In this document: positions 42,836 through 54,949 of the stretch, in pieces | Layout: each line of letters begins with the position of its first letter | How positions within the stretch are numbered: the stretch's first letter is position 1 | DNA from: an uncultured Rivularia sp. | GTDB lineage: Bacteria > Cyanobacteriota > Cyanobacteriia > Cyanobacteriales > Nostocaceae | Length of the DNA: 64,000 nt | Assembly (NCBI GenBank): GCA_963665115.1 | Contig: OY762007.1 | Coordinates: forward strand, 6,112,001-6,176,000 | Direction of reading: 5' to 3' | Made by a program: the position numbers and the translations under genes | Notes under the pieces: generated by a model | Seen by the model: the letters and a program-made list of their open reading frames with translations, nothing else | Told to the model about the DNA's origin: nothing | Databases searched by the model: none

Positions 42836-45800
42836 GTGATGCCAAACCATCTAGATTTATTGTTTAAGGTATTAACCAGTATTGCCAGTCCAATCAAAGG
42901 CAAGTTAGAGCGCAATGAAACGGTAATCAAAATATTAAAACAATTTAATTTGGTTCCAGAGCATCCCCCAACAGATTTTAGTGGAGTTTATATTTATGCT
43001 TTGGTTGAATACGGTGTTGGTAAACCAAAGTGTTTGTTAGAATTTTTTCGTCAAGAGGATATTAAAAAAGCTTTTCGCAAAGCCTTTGACCACTATAATC
43101 CTTCGATTTTACTAGGTGAAGTGGAAGCTTTTGTTGATGCTTACGCTTTGGGGGATGAAATTAAAGAGTTGCAATTAGATGTAATGCGAGAGATAGCAGC
43201 TTTCGCTACGATTTTTATTGAAGTTGCGAAAAATTCTCGTACTACTGCGGAGGTTTTAACTTCTCATCAAATAGCTTCTCTACATCAAAGAATTATTCTC
43301 GTCCAAGAACAATTAGATAGATTACCGACGCTGGAAGGAATTCGCACCGAAATGGCTCGGTTAGCAGCAGAAGAGGACAAGGGGAGTGGGGGAGGGGGAG
43401 AGGGGGAGAATGTATACTCTCAATCTCCTAAATCTTCTACTTCAATTGCATTAGCTCAAGAAATGCGTGGTTGGTTTGAAACTTTGGGTTATCGGCTTGA
43501 ACGTTATGAAGTTTGGCAGAATGACTACTTTGAGTGGATTATCAACATTCCGGTAAGGCGTAACCGATATGACCGCGTTCTTGTACGTGGAATGACTGGG
43601 GAAGTAGGGCTTAAAGATGTGCAAGCTTTGGATTCCAAAGTGTCGGAACAAAAAACCGATGAAGGTTGGTTAGTAACAGATAGACGTATTAGTAAAATTG
43701 CACGGGATGAAATTGAGAAGCAAGAAAACGAACATTTGGAGTGCTTTACTTTTGATGAACTTGTAGCAATTGATGCGGATTTTAGCGGTTATCTTGATTG
43801 GTTAGAAGCAGAAGTTAAACGGCGGGGTATTGATAAAAATTACGTACCTTTGGCTTGTAATAAAGAAGAATTAGACGCGGTAAGCAAGCGTCCGATTGGG
43901 GTTAGTCGTTATACAGAAGAAGATGGTTGGATTGAAGGCTATATTGACCGCTGGTTGGATGATCCAGCTAAGGAACACATTTCAATTTTAGGTGAGTTTG
44001 GTACTGGTAAAACTTGGTTTGCTTTACATTATGCTTGGATAGCACTGCAACGATACAAAGACGCGCAGAGCAGGGGTGTGCAACTTCCTCGTTTACCTTT
44101 GGTGATTCCGTTGCGAGACTATGCCAAAGCGGTAAGCGTTGAGTCGCTGTTTTCCGAGTTTTTCTTTCGTCAATATGAAATTCCCATTCCCGGATATTCA
44201 GCTTTTGAACAACTCAACCGTATGGGTAAATTATTGCTGATATTCGATGGTTTTGATGAGATGGCTGCTCGGATAAACCGTCAGGAGATGATTAATAATT
44301 TTTGGGAATTAGCGAAAGTGGTAGTTCCTGGTGCCAAGGTGATTTTAACTTGTCGCACCGAACATTTTCCCGAAGCACAGGAAGGAAGGGCTTTATTAAA
44401 TGCGGAATTACAAGCTTCCATTGCGAATTTAACGGGAGAGACACCACAATTTGAAGTGTTGGAACTGGAGAAGTTTGACGATAACCAAATCCGTCAGGTG
44501 CTGTCACTGCAAACAGAAACCACGGACTGTTGAACTTGTTATGGGTAATTCCCAACTGCTGGATTTAGCTCGTCGTCCAGTTTTAACCGAATTAATTTTA
44601 GAAGCATTACCAGATATTGCAGCGGGTAAACCTGTGGATATGTCGCGGGTTTATTTGTATGCAGTGCAGCGGAAAATGGAACGGGATATTAAAGCAGAGC
44701 GTACTTTTACTTCCTTAGCAGATAAGATGTATTTCCTTTGTGAATTAGCTTGGGAAATGCTTTCTACCGAACAGATGAGTTTGAATTATCGCTTGTTTCC
44801 CGATAGGATTCGACGGTTATTTGGTTCCGTGGTGCAGGAAGAAAAAGATTTAGACCACTGGCATTATGACATGATGGGGCAGACGATGTTGATTCGTAAT
44901 GCCGACGGTGATTATACTCCAGCCCACCGTTCGCTATTGGAATTTTTTGTTGCATATAAGTTTGCAGCAGAATTGGGAGTTTTAGCGGATGATTTTACTG
45001 AGTTGGTAAAAGCGCAATCTTGTTTGGATGGGAATACTGCACCTGTTGACTATACTTGGTCTGGTTATTTTGAGCGTCAGTTGGATGAGAGTGGGAGTAG
45101 TTTGGCTATAGCTCCACTAGGGAAGTTTATTAGCGAACCGTTGGAGAAATTGAAGGATACTTTTGGGCGTTAAGCGAAGCTCTACCGAAGGTAATCGCCA
45201 TTAACGAAAGCGGTGATGGATTTGATTTTGGGGATGGTTGATTTAGAAAATGGTTGTGAGAAGTTGCTAGAAGTTATTCAAGCTACGAAGGGGAAGAGTG
45301 AAGCTCTTGTTGGTTATGTTGGGGGAAATGCAGCAACTTTGGCTGTGAAGATTGATAATGCGAGTTTGGAAAAGAAGGATTTATCTGCTGCCGTGGTTAA
45401 GGGAGCAGATTTTAGTGACGCGAGTTTGAGCGGTGTTGATTTTGTGGGAGCAAATTTAGGTGAAAGTGTTTTTATTAAAGCTTTAGGGGAGGTTCTATCG
45501 GTAGCATTTAGTCCAGATGGTAAATTGTTAGCTACAGCTAGTGATGATGGTGTGGTTCGGCTGTGGGAAACTATAGGTGGATGCTTGATTATGTCCTTAA
45601 AAGAACATATCAATCTAGTACTTTCAATTGCTTTTAGTCCGGATGGTGCAACTATTGTTACTGGTAGTTATGACAAAACAATTAAAATATGGGACATTAA
45701 AAATCGGCAATGTCTAATAACTTTACAAGCACATAAGAGTGGTGTAAGCTCACTTTCTTTTAGTCCAGATGGTAAGACTATTGCTACTGGTAGTTATGAC

Positions 45801-47340
45801 AAAACAATTAAAATATGGGACATCAAAACTCGGCAATGTCTGATAACTTTACAAGCACATAATAGTAGGGTACGCTCACTTTCTTTTAGCCCAGATGGAA
45901 AAATTATTGCTAGTGGTAGTCACGACAAGACCATAAAATTATGGGATGTTCAAACTGGCAAATGCATCCAAATTTTAAAAGGGCATAAATTTAGAGTTAA
46001 ATCAGTTTCTTTTAGTCGTGATGCTCAGATGCTTGCGAGTAATGGAGAACAAGCAATGAAGTTTTGGAATGTCCAAACTGGTGAATGTCTTCAAACGATA
46101 AAAGCGCACAACATTGAAATATCTTCTGTAAGTTTCAGCCCCCAAAGTCAAATAGTGGCAAGTGTCGGTAATGACTCAAAAGTTAGATTGTGGGATACTT
46201 TGACAGGTGAATGTCTCAACACTTTCCACGGACATAATGTTGAGGTGTTTTCAGTTGCATTTAGTCCTGATGGTCAAAAACTTGCTAGTGGTAGCCGCGA
46301 TCATACAGTAAAGCTATGGAATGTTCAAACTGGTGAATGTCTTAAAACTTTACAAGGATATGATGTTGAGATATTCTCTGTGGCATTTAGTTTCAAAAAT
46401 ACAATACTTGCTAGTGGTGGTCGTGATAAGACAATAAAACTATGGAATGTCCAAAGTGGTGAGTGTTTGAAAACTTTAAAAGGACATACAAAATGGGTAA
46501 GGTCAGTAACGTTTAGTCCCAATGCTAATATACTTGCCAGTTGCAGTCATGACGAAACCGTAAAATTGTGGAATACTGAGACTGGAGAATGTCTCAAAAC
46601 CCTAAAAGGGCATACTAAACGTATTTATCGAGTAAGATTCAGTCCCAATGGTGAGATAATTGCTAGTTGTGGACGTGACCAAACAGTAAAACTGTGGAAT
46701 GTTGAGACTGGTGAATGCTTAAAAACCTTAGAAGGGCATACAAAATGGGTAAGGGTCAGTAGCATTTAGTCCTGATGGAAAATTACTTGCAAGTGGAAGT
46801 AACGACCAAACAATAAAAATTTGGGATTTAGAGACTTGCGAATGCCTTCAAATCTTACAAGGACATACAGATCAGCTACAAGAGATTGCATTTAGTTCTG
46901 ATAGTAAGGTACTTGTCAGTGGAAGTTTTGACCAAGATATAAGACTATGGGAAGTTCAAACTGGAAAATGTCTTAATACTTTGCAAGGACATAATAATAA
47001 TGTAAATTCTGTGGCAATTACTCCTGATGGTAGTACTTTAGCCAGTGCTAGTTCTGACCAAACAATCAAAATTTGGGATATTAACAGCGGTAAATGTCTC
47101 AATACTCTACAGGGACACACTCGTTGGATAAATTCAGTTAACTTCAATGCAAATGGTGAAATACTTGCTAGTGGTAGTGCGGATGAAACTATCAAAATTT
47201 GGGACATCAAAACCGGCAAATGTCTAAAAACATTGAAACGCGATCGCCCTTATGAAAACATGAATATCACCAGCGTTACAGGTTTAACCGAAGTTGAAAA
47301 AAGTACACTCAAAGCATTAGGTGCTGTGGAAGATAATTGA
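42836..47340 (+). pseudogene. NACHT NTPase-pentapeptide-WD40 repeat protein, interrupted
   Basis: Walker A GEFGTGKT, Walker B LLIFDGFDE, VILTCR; about 14 WD40 repeats; terminal [15 protein letters not shown]. 1-nt shifts near 44520 and 46753, plus a 24-nt stop-bearing insertion at 45170. Confidence 0.88.
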
Positions 47341-47437
47341 AACTGAAATTATTATTAGTTTTTATGTACTACTTTGTGATATTATTCAGTTAATCTATTC
47401 AATTTCCGTGCCAAGCATTAAAACTGGAGAAGGTTTT

Positions 47438-47692
47438 ATGTCAAATCATACTGGCAGTTATATGCTCAACGATATTATTCAACTGTTGAATAATGAAGAA
47501 GTTTTAAATACTATTGGACTGCAAAAATCTCAGCAAGTGATTACCCAAATCGTTAAAATTGCATCTAGAGAATATGATTGTAACCCTGGGGAAATTCTAG
47601 AAGGTCATACGGATTATCTGAATCTTTGCTACTGTTGTCTTTCTATTACGACCAATCTCGATAATGGTTTGTGCCATTCCTGTCGAAGTTAG
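47438..47692 (+). CDS. Small Cys-rich hypothetical protein
   Basis: MSNHTGSYML... after RBS; CYCC and CHSC motifs. Confidence 0.6.
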   Translation: MSNHTGSYMLNDIIQLLNNEEVLNTIGLQKSQQVITQIVKIASREYDCNPGEILEGHTDYLNLCYCCLSITTNLDNGLCHSCRS

Positions 47693-47921
47693 CGATTATC
47701 TCAACCCCATACCCGACGCAAATTCAAGACGAAACCTGGTAACACTTTATCACCGGATAGCGAATCGGGATTTTCTAATACTTCCACAGCAGAACCTGGT
47801 CGATAAATTTCTAATTAACACATTCTATCGCCCCAGAAGCCGATTAAAATACTCAACCCGTTTTAGCTATTAGTATATTTGTATTGTAATATTGATAAGG
47901 TGAAGCCTCTATCATTCATCT

Positions 47922-48434
47922 ATGCTGGAATTAACTAAAATCCAAACGATAGCCGAATCATATTCTCCTCAAGAACTATTTGCTGCGTTGGTTTGGCAGC
48001 GTCAATTCAATAATTTTGATGGGGAACAAGTTATTACTGACTTATTACAGCATAATAATTTATGGGAAAGCTTTTTATTTACCAAACCGATTTTTGCCCC
48101 AGACGAAAATGGTTTGAGTTTTGGTGGTGTTATTGATACTCTTGCTGCAATGGCTAACTATCGTCCGATGCCAGAAACCAGTATGATCCATTTCGTGGCT
48201 TATCCCGCAGATACCTTATATGTTTTGAGTGAAAATCAGGACTCCAAAGTATCTCAACTTGTAGATTTGGGTAAAAAGTGGCAAGCAGATTGCGTAGAAG
48301 TAACCGATGGTACTGATACGCAATACACTTATCGACTCAAGCGTATGCTGAGATATCGATTTGAAGAAGCGTTATGGGGAAATGAGAATAAGGAACAGCG
48401 GGATGCGGTTGTTGTTTCTTATTGGTGGGATTAA
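47922..48434 (+). CDS. Hypothetical protein
   Basis: 170 aa; QFNNFDG near the start, ends YWWD. Confidence 0.7.
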   Translation: MLELTKIQTIAESYSPQELFAALVWQRQFNNFDGEQVITDLLQHNNLWESFLFTKPIFAPDENGLSFGGVIDTLAAMANYRPMPETSMIHFVAYPADTLYVLSENQDSKVSQLVDLGKKWQADCVEVTDGTDTQYTYRLKRMLRYRFEEALWGNENKEQRDAVVVSYWWD

Positions 48435-48591
48435 ATTTTAAAAGACTGTGTATATTGGAAAGTAAAAAATTCAGAGTTACACATCAAGCAGTAGCACAAA
48501 AAAGCTCAAAATATCTTCCACCATTTTTCCATCTCGGAATACATCTAACCTTTAAAATTAAATTAAAAAGGATTAATTTTGGAAGGGTGCT

Positions 48592-49716
48592 ATGAGCGAA
48601 TACCAATCAGACCGAATTCTTAGCATTAGAGAAACCGCTAACTGCTACAGAAAAGCGATTCATTGAAAGTCTTTCTAGTAGAGTACAAATAACATCTAAC
48701 CAAGCAATATTTGTTTATAATTACGGAGATTTTCGTGGTAATCCCCAAGAAGTTTTAGATAAATGCTTCGATATGATGCTGTATATGGCTAATTGGGGTT
48801 CTCGTCAATTAATGTTTCGTTTTCCCAAATCTTTAATTAATTTGGCAGTATTACAATCTTATTGTGTAGAAGATTTTATTACAGTTTCAACAAAGCACGA
48901 TTCTGTAATTTTAGACATAAATATTAGTGAAGAAGATGGTGGTGGTTGGATAGAAACTGGTGAAGGTTATTCCAGACGGCATGGTATCGCTACGAGAAAA
49001 AGTATTGCAAGATGATTATCGGTGTTTATATCTTGCTTGGCTAAAAGCTGCAACAATTTATTTTGGCTTTGAAGAAGAAGATTTACTTGAACCTCCCGTA
49101 CCTCCCAATTTAAGTAATTTATCAGCTTCACTTTCATCTTTCCCAACCGTTTTTTTAGATTGATGAAGACTTGGTTTCAGTTGCAACTTCAGGTAGTGAT
49201 TTCCAGGGAGAGGAAGAAGAACATTTAGAGGATTTGATAACAGAATTGAGCGAACAAGAAAGAAATGATTTATTAATTCGACTTCTTAAAGGTGAATCGC
49301 ATCTCGCCCTACAATTAACTCATAGACTACGGGAATTATCTGGTAAAAATTCAATAAATATTGACAGTAATACAAACAGACGTACTTTGTCCCAATTATT
49401 AAGATTGGCAGAAGAAAAAAACAATCAACGACTTGAAGAAGAAAGAGAATTAGAACGTCAAGCCAGAATAGAAAAATTAGAAGTATTAGCAAAGAAAAAA
49501 GATAAAGTTTGGGAGCAAGTATTTGAAGCGATTGCACTCAAACAAGCCAAACCATTAGACCAAGCTGTTGCTAGTTTGATTGATTTACGGGACTTGGCTG
49601 AGTACCAAGGAAAGTTAGAAGAGTTTCAAGCTAGTATAAATCAAATACAAAAAGATTATAGTAAATGTCCTAGTTTAATATCGCGATTAAAGAAAGCGAG
49701 GTTGTTAAATAAGTAG
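48592..49716 (+). pseudogene. Hypothetical protein broken by several frameshifts
   Basis: MSEYQ...SLSSRV...YNYGDFRG...LYMANWG...DYRCLYLAWL...EPPVPP runs across ORFs 48773, 48960 and 49171. Confidence 0.7.
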
Positions 49717-49815
49717 AAATATTTACACGCCTATTTTTTGATTGAAATATAATTAGAAGTAATGTTTACTCGTTGCGTTTGAAAGCTCTTGTTTTTAATA
49801 AAATCATCATATGTT

Positions 49816-50031
49816 CTAACTGTTCGTAAACATCGGTTCTTCAGCTAATTCCATTGAATTAAGCGTAGTGGAGCGGTTTCTTTCTAATAATTCCTCTAAC
49901 CTCGACTGAGCTTGAGGTGAAACTTTAAAAGCAATTATTTCTTCTGGTGTTGGGCGCTTGATTAATAAATCAAGAACTTCTTGATAAACTATGGGGATAT
50001 CTGTAGGCTCAGTTTGAACTGTCTTACTCAT
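49816..50031 (-). CDS. Small hypothetical protein (frameshifted C-terminus)
   Basis: MSKTVQ...PTPEEIIAFKVSPQAQSRLEELLERNR. Confidence 0.55.
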   Translation of the reverse strand: MSKTVQTEPTDIPIVYQEVLDLLIKRPTPEEIIAFKVSPQAQSRLEELLERNRSTTLNSMELAEEPMFTNS

Positions 50032-50386
50032 GTTTTTCGGTACATTTGCAACATCTAACAATTGCCTGTCTTCAATTCGGGTAAACGATTTTGCGCCATG
50101 TTCCAGACCTGTTCGCATGTTCCGTACTAAATTTGAATTGTTAATTCTGCCATTGCATGGGGTTTTGTCCTGTCAGCTTATCTCAACTATGCTAATTATA
50201 GCTTTAGCTTTTATGCAGGGCGCTATGTGAAGTCAATCCGGCTCCCGGAACTCCATCAAAGCGCATTGCGTTAAATTATTCTTCTATAATTCACTTTTTA
50301 ATAAGACAAACTATTCTTAAGAAGAACAGATAGTTTTAGCAATGTTAGTATTAAAAGTAATAAAAACAAGCAATATCTAACAACCA

Positions 50387-50875
50387 ATGGCAACGCAAAA
50401 AGTCACGGTTGAACTCCCACAAGCTATTTTTCAACAATTGGCTCGTATTGCCTCGGCAACTCAGCAGCCTTTGGAAGTCTTGGTAGCTCAAAGCATCATC
50501 AGTAACTTACCTCCTACACCCGACAATGCACCATTAGAAATTCAGGAAGAACTTCTGCAAATGCAAATTTGGGATGATGAGGAATTATTGGCGATTACCT
50601 CCGGTAGAGCTATCTCTTTCAGAGACGCTGAGCCGCACGCTTTCGCGTGAACGCGAACGCTTAACGCCAAGAGTCAAATTACATCCGAACAGCAAAAACG
50701 TCACGTAGAATTATTAGAGAAAAATAGCGGTAACGAAGAGCTAAACAAGAGCGAACGTCAAGAACTTAGTGAGTTAAGAATAAAAGCAGACCGTTTAATG
50801 TTACAAAAAGCTTATGCTTGGTCAGTTCTTCGCTGGCGAGGACACAAACCAAATTTAAATGAAATGCCCCTCTAG
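50387..50875 (+). pseudogene. RHH-like protein interrupted by a 69-nt nested insertion in a HIP1 site
   Basis: Removing 50596-50664 restores ELLAIAKSQ...AYAWSVLRWRGH...* (139 aa). Confidence 0.8.
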
Positions 50876-50925
50876 TTCCATTCTATTATTAAGTAAATTG
50901 CTATAAGAGTGTTTATTTTTATAAA

Positions 50926-51329
50926 TTATTTACTCTTCAAAATTAAAGCATTAATTTTTTCATTATCAATATTTATTCCATTACGTTCTAAATATGGACG
51001 CAAATTAATTTGAATAAATAAATCTTTTAATTCTGAGCGCAATTTCTTCAGGAGGATTTCCTGATAAAGCTGTTGCTATTAAACGTTCTGCTGCTTTGAA
51101 TTCTCCACAATCTACCGCGCCTTGTTGCCGCGCTGCGATGTAAAATTGAACGGCTCGGTTCTGCATCTAATTGGTGAGCAATTAATTCTGCGGCTGCTTG
51201 CTCGTTTTCAAATGCTTCTCGAATCAGTTGCGAGGCTTGTTCTAAGTTACCTCGAAGCTTTGCACTAAAAGCTGCTTCCGCCAAATCCATTGCTGTGGTA
51301 TGTTTTTCTTGAATTTGACTCATTTGCAT
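50926..51329 (-). CDS. Hypothetical helical protein (1-nt frameshift near 51120)
   Basis: HTTAMDLAE...EPSRSILHRSAA continues as VDCGEFKAAERLIATALSGNPPEEIA in a shifted frame. Confidence 0.65.
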
Positions 51330-51407
51330 TCTACATAAGATAGGGGTGTGCTGAATTCTACAACGATAATGTATGCCGGAAATTGACCATCAGAAACTTT
51401 GGTTTGT

Positions 51408-53978
51408 GTCGGGTAAGGTAGGATATGTTGCCATATCCCCCTCCCCTAAGAACCGGACTTGAGACTTTCACACTCATCCGGCTCAAGCATACCGACTACT
51501 GGGACTTGTAGTGCAAGTCACGATGCTTAGATTTGTGGCAATTTTTATGTAGAATAACGAGATTCTTTTCATGGTTATTGCCTCCATCTTTTATGGGTAG
51601 GATATGGTGTACTTCGTAAAGGTCATCGGCAAGGATGTGTTCACCACATACTGGACAAACACCTTTTTGTCGTTTATAGACCCCTTTCGTATTTACTACC
51701 TTCAGCGAACCTAGTTTTTCCGGAACTAGTATTTCGTTTTTCCCAGTATTTCGCAAGATTAGGGTCAAGTGGACTATTTCTGTCTTTAACCTTAGTGTGG
51801 CGTATTATTGGGATATCCTTGGCTATGTTAACAAGATGCAGTTTGGTTTGTTTGCCTGTCCGGTCAGTTACACTGGCGTAAGGCACCCACTGGTCTTTGT
51901 TAACAGTCGTGTAATACTTAGCTTTTATCCATTTTGTCGATTTCTGGGGATGTTTTCTCTTTAACATTCTAAAGATAGCCAGGAATATTTCACTTCTAAT
52001 CTTGTCAAATGTTTTCCTCGAAACTACAAATCTGTAGTACATTCCCCATCCTCGAATCTTGGTGTTCAGAGTCCTTATTAAGTTTTCCCAACTCGTTGTC
52101 GAGCCGTTTTTCTTTATATAAGTTCTAATTTCCCGGAGAAATTCAGTAACCTCCTGTTTACCAGGTTTAATAATGGAACTGTAGACAATTTCATTATCTT
52201 CTTTGGCGTTAGGAGTGCTTTTTCGTTTGGCGTTAGGTTTCAGGTTTAACTCCATTTTCCTAGCCTCACGTTTGTAGCGGTTACTGTTCCTACGAAGTGT
52301 TTTGCCTTTAAATTGCCTAACATTAAACCCTAGAAAGGAAAAGCCTTCTTTTTGGATGTTTCGGATTTTTGTCTTCTCGCTGTTAAACTCTAGACCGTGT
52401 AATCCTAGCCACTTTTCGATTATGGAGAGAATTTCTTCTAACCATTCTTTTCGAGGGGAAAGAACTACAAAATCATCCGCATATCGTATAAAATCGAACT
52501 TTTCGACTTGTCTTTTCTTGGTAACTTTCTTGCCTCCATTAACTGACAAGTATTTTATTTCTCCTTTGTAGGAGGCTAGTAAATCTTGCAAGCCATTGAG
52601 GGCAATATTTGCCAAGAGCGGGCTAATTATGCCACCTTGCGGCGTTCCAGCCTTTGTGTCATGGAAGGTGAAGTCTTCCATGTACCCGGCTTTTAACCAT
52701 CGCAAAATAACATTTCTGTTAGGTAATCCAGATATCTTGTCCATAACAAATTGATGGGATATGTTATCAAAAGCACCTTTTATATCCGCATCTAACACCC
52801 ACTTATTTGTGCTGCCCTTACGGGTGTGTACAAAGATATCTTGTATGGCATCATGGCAGCTTCTTCCAGGACGAAAACCATAGCTGGATGCCTCAAACGT
52901 CGTCTCGAACACAGGTTCATATGCGAGCAACATAATTGCTTGTGCTATCCTATCAACTATAGAAGGGATTCCCAAGGGACGCTTTTTGCCATTAGATTTA
53001 GGTATATATGCACGTTTTGTTGGTATTGCCTCAACCATCCCCCAGTTCCATTTCTTAGTTAGGGTATTTCTTTTTGCGTTTGTAGTGGCTTTATAGCCAT
53101 CTACACCTGCTGTTTTCTTACCTTGATTAAGATATGTAACTTTGCGGATGGCGAGAAGGAGAGCGTTAAAGCTTTTCAAAAGTAGCTTCATTAGGCTTCT
53201 TACTGTATTCCAACTGCCTATACCCGTTCGAGCATCGTTTGTAGCCTTAAATATTCTTTGCCGTAACTTTCGTACCTGTGTGTTAACAACTTTCCAGTCG
53301 ATATCACACCAGTCGATTGCTCCGATACTATTTCTAGTTCTATCTTTCACGTTCGTAATTACTACAATTATGGTTTTAGGAATATTATTGGTACACCTTC
53401 TAGAAGTGGGCAGTCTTTCGACTTAGTTCACTTGGAACCTATACGCTCAGTTATGTCCGTGGATTTTTCTGTTATCTTTCGACGTAGAGTCATTAGCTTT
53501 TTCTAGAATCCTTTATCCCGTTATCTCTCGGCTTTCCTTGCGGATTGCTTTGCTATAGAATCGACCTTCACATAGCAGATAAATCATCAGGACTTACCGT
53601 GTTCATCAAAACGAAGTTTTACGATAGACGTTAGATTCAACCCATACCCCGGAGACCTTATAATTCGTCAGATAAGCGAAAAAGACGCGCTTATCCTTGG
53701 TACTCGTTACCTTTTGGTTACGGTGCATCGTCCAGTTTTCACCGTTCAACAATAACGAGGCGGCAGTTGTTCACTTTCGTTAATCATTGTCTATCTCCCC
53801 ACAAGCTCCCTTGGCAATCTGGATTTGTTTCGGGCTACCGTTCCATCTCTGGACTTTATCGAGAATCTGCACTCAGGTTCGGATTACTCCTACACCCCTG
53901 ATCTCGGTGGGCTGGGGGACGAATTCCCCAGGAAACCATTGCAGGTTTCGGTTCGTTCAGACGCTTTACACGTTGCAC
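51408..53978 (-). mobile_element. Group II intron 3
   Basis: Domain V GAGCCGGATGAGTGTGAAAGTCTCAAGTCCGGTTCT and 3' end TTACCCGAC at 51408; inferred 5' end GTGCAACG at 53978. Confidence 0.85.
51496..53350 (-). CDS. ltrA: Group II intron RT/maturase/HNH (1-nt frameshift near 51683)
   Basis: GTPQGG, RYADDF, GWGMYY; CPVC...HHILP HNH in ORF 51496-51768 joins after removing one G. Confidence 0.9.
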
Positions 53979-54030
53979 TCCTTTTCTGTTTTATTCTAGC
54001 TTTGACACGACTTGAATCACCATGCATCGT

Positions 54031-54195
54031 ATACTTTTAATACAGCAGCCTTAGAAACACCAATTCCGACCCCAGACGGAAGAACAAAGATGCTTGATGC
54101 AAAGGATGTAGCCTGCGTTAGTTGGAACTAGTCCTAAAATGATTTACGAGCATTATCCCTGAGCAAGTAAGGAATTGTTTGTTCCAGGATTTTAG
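54031..54195 (+). pseudogene. 3' remnant of a tyrosine integrase
   Basis: Inverted, diverged copy of 31412-31575 (TAALETPIPTPDGRTKMLDAKDVA...YEHY). Confidence 0.85.
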
Positions 54196-54255
54196 ATTGC
54201 TCAAAGACAGTTAAAGAAATCAAGAGCATTCTTAAATTAAATTTTGAAGTGAAAT

Positions 54256-54891
54256 ATGACAACCAATGTAGCCATTGCAGAGAACATAACCACCCTCACT
54301 CAAGTAGAGGAAAAACTGGGGTTAAAACTTAGTGACGAACGCCAGTTTTTTAACGAATGGATTGCTGCAAAACCTCAATTAAGTGAAGCAGAAGAAATAA
54401 GATTAGAACAAGTTCGACAAAATTATCTTTATCAAATTTCGGATGGAAGTCTTTTAGAAGAAACTGTCAAAATGGTGGTGCTTTCACCGTTACTCGAACT
54501 TGCAGGTTTCTATCAGTCACCTTATAGGTTTAAAACCGAAGTATCTGTGGAAATTGAAGCATTAGGAGATAAGGAAGAAATTCTACGAGGACGTATTGAT
54601 GCTTTAGTTATACAAGGTAAACTGTGGATTGTACTAATAGAATCGAAGAAGACGACTTTTGATTTGGAGTTAGCACTTCCTCAGACACTAGCTTATATGG
54701 CGGCTCATCCAAAACCAGAACAACGTCTTTACGGAATGATAACCAATGGTAGCAGCCATTTGTTTGTTAAAACTTTCGGTAAACAGTATGGTGTTTCCGA
54801 TTTGTTTTCAACTAGGTCGCAGTATCGAAATGATCTGAACGAAGTTTTAAAAATACTCAAATACTTAGGGAGAATTATTACAGCATCTTAG
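54256..54891 (+). CDS. Type I restriction HsdR N-terminal-like protein (copy 2)
   Basis: 211 aa; GRIDALV..IESKK, YGMITNG. Confidence 0.8.
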   Translation: MTTNVAIAENITTLTQVEEKLGLKLSDERQFFNEWIAAKPQLSEAEEIRLEQVRQNYLYQISDGSLLEETVKMVVLSPLLELAGFYQSPYRFKTEVSVEIEALGDKEEILRGRIDALVIQGKLWIVLIESKKTTFDLELALPQTLAYMAAHPKPEQRLYGMITNGSSHLFVKTFGKQYGVSDLFSTRSQYRNDLNEVLKILKYLGRIITAS

Positions 54892-54949
54892 AAAAGAGTA
54901 AGATGATATGTCGGTTAGAAATTCAACTGTTTTGGAACAATTTCAAGTG

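Noticed and set aside
20915..53350. Reverse transcriptases as DGR, retron or CRISPR-associated RTs
   Set aside because: All three have X and HNH domains and lie inside group II intron RNAs with domain V/VI; no TR/VR pair, msr-msd or cas genes were seen.
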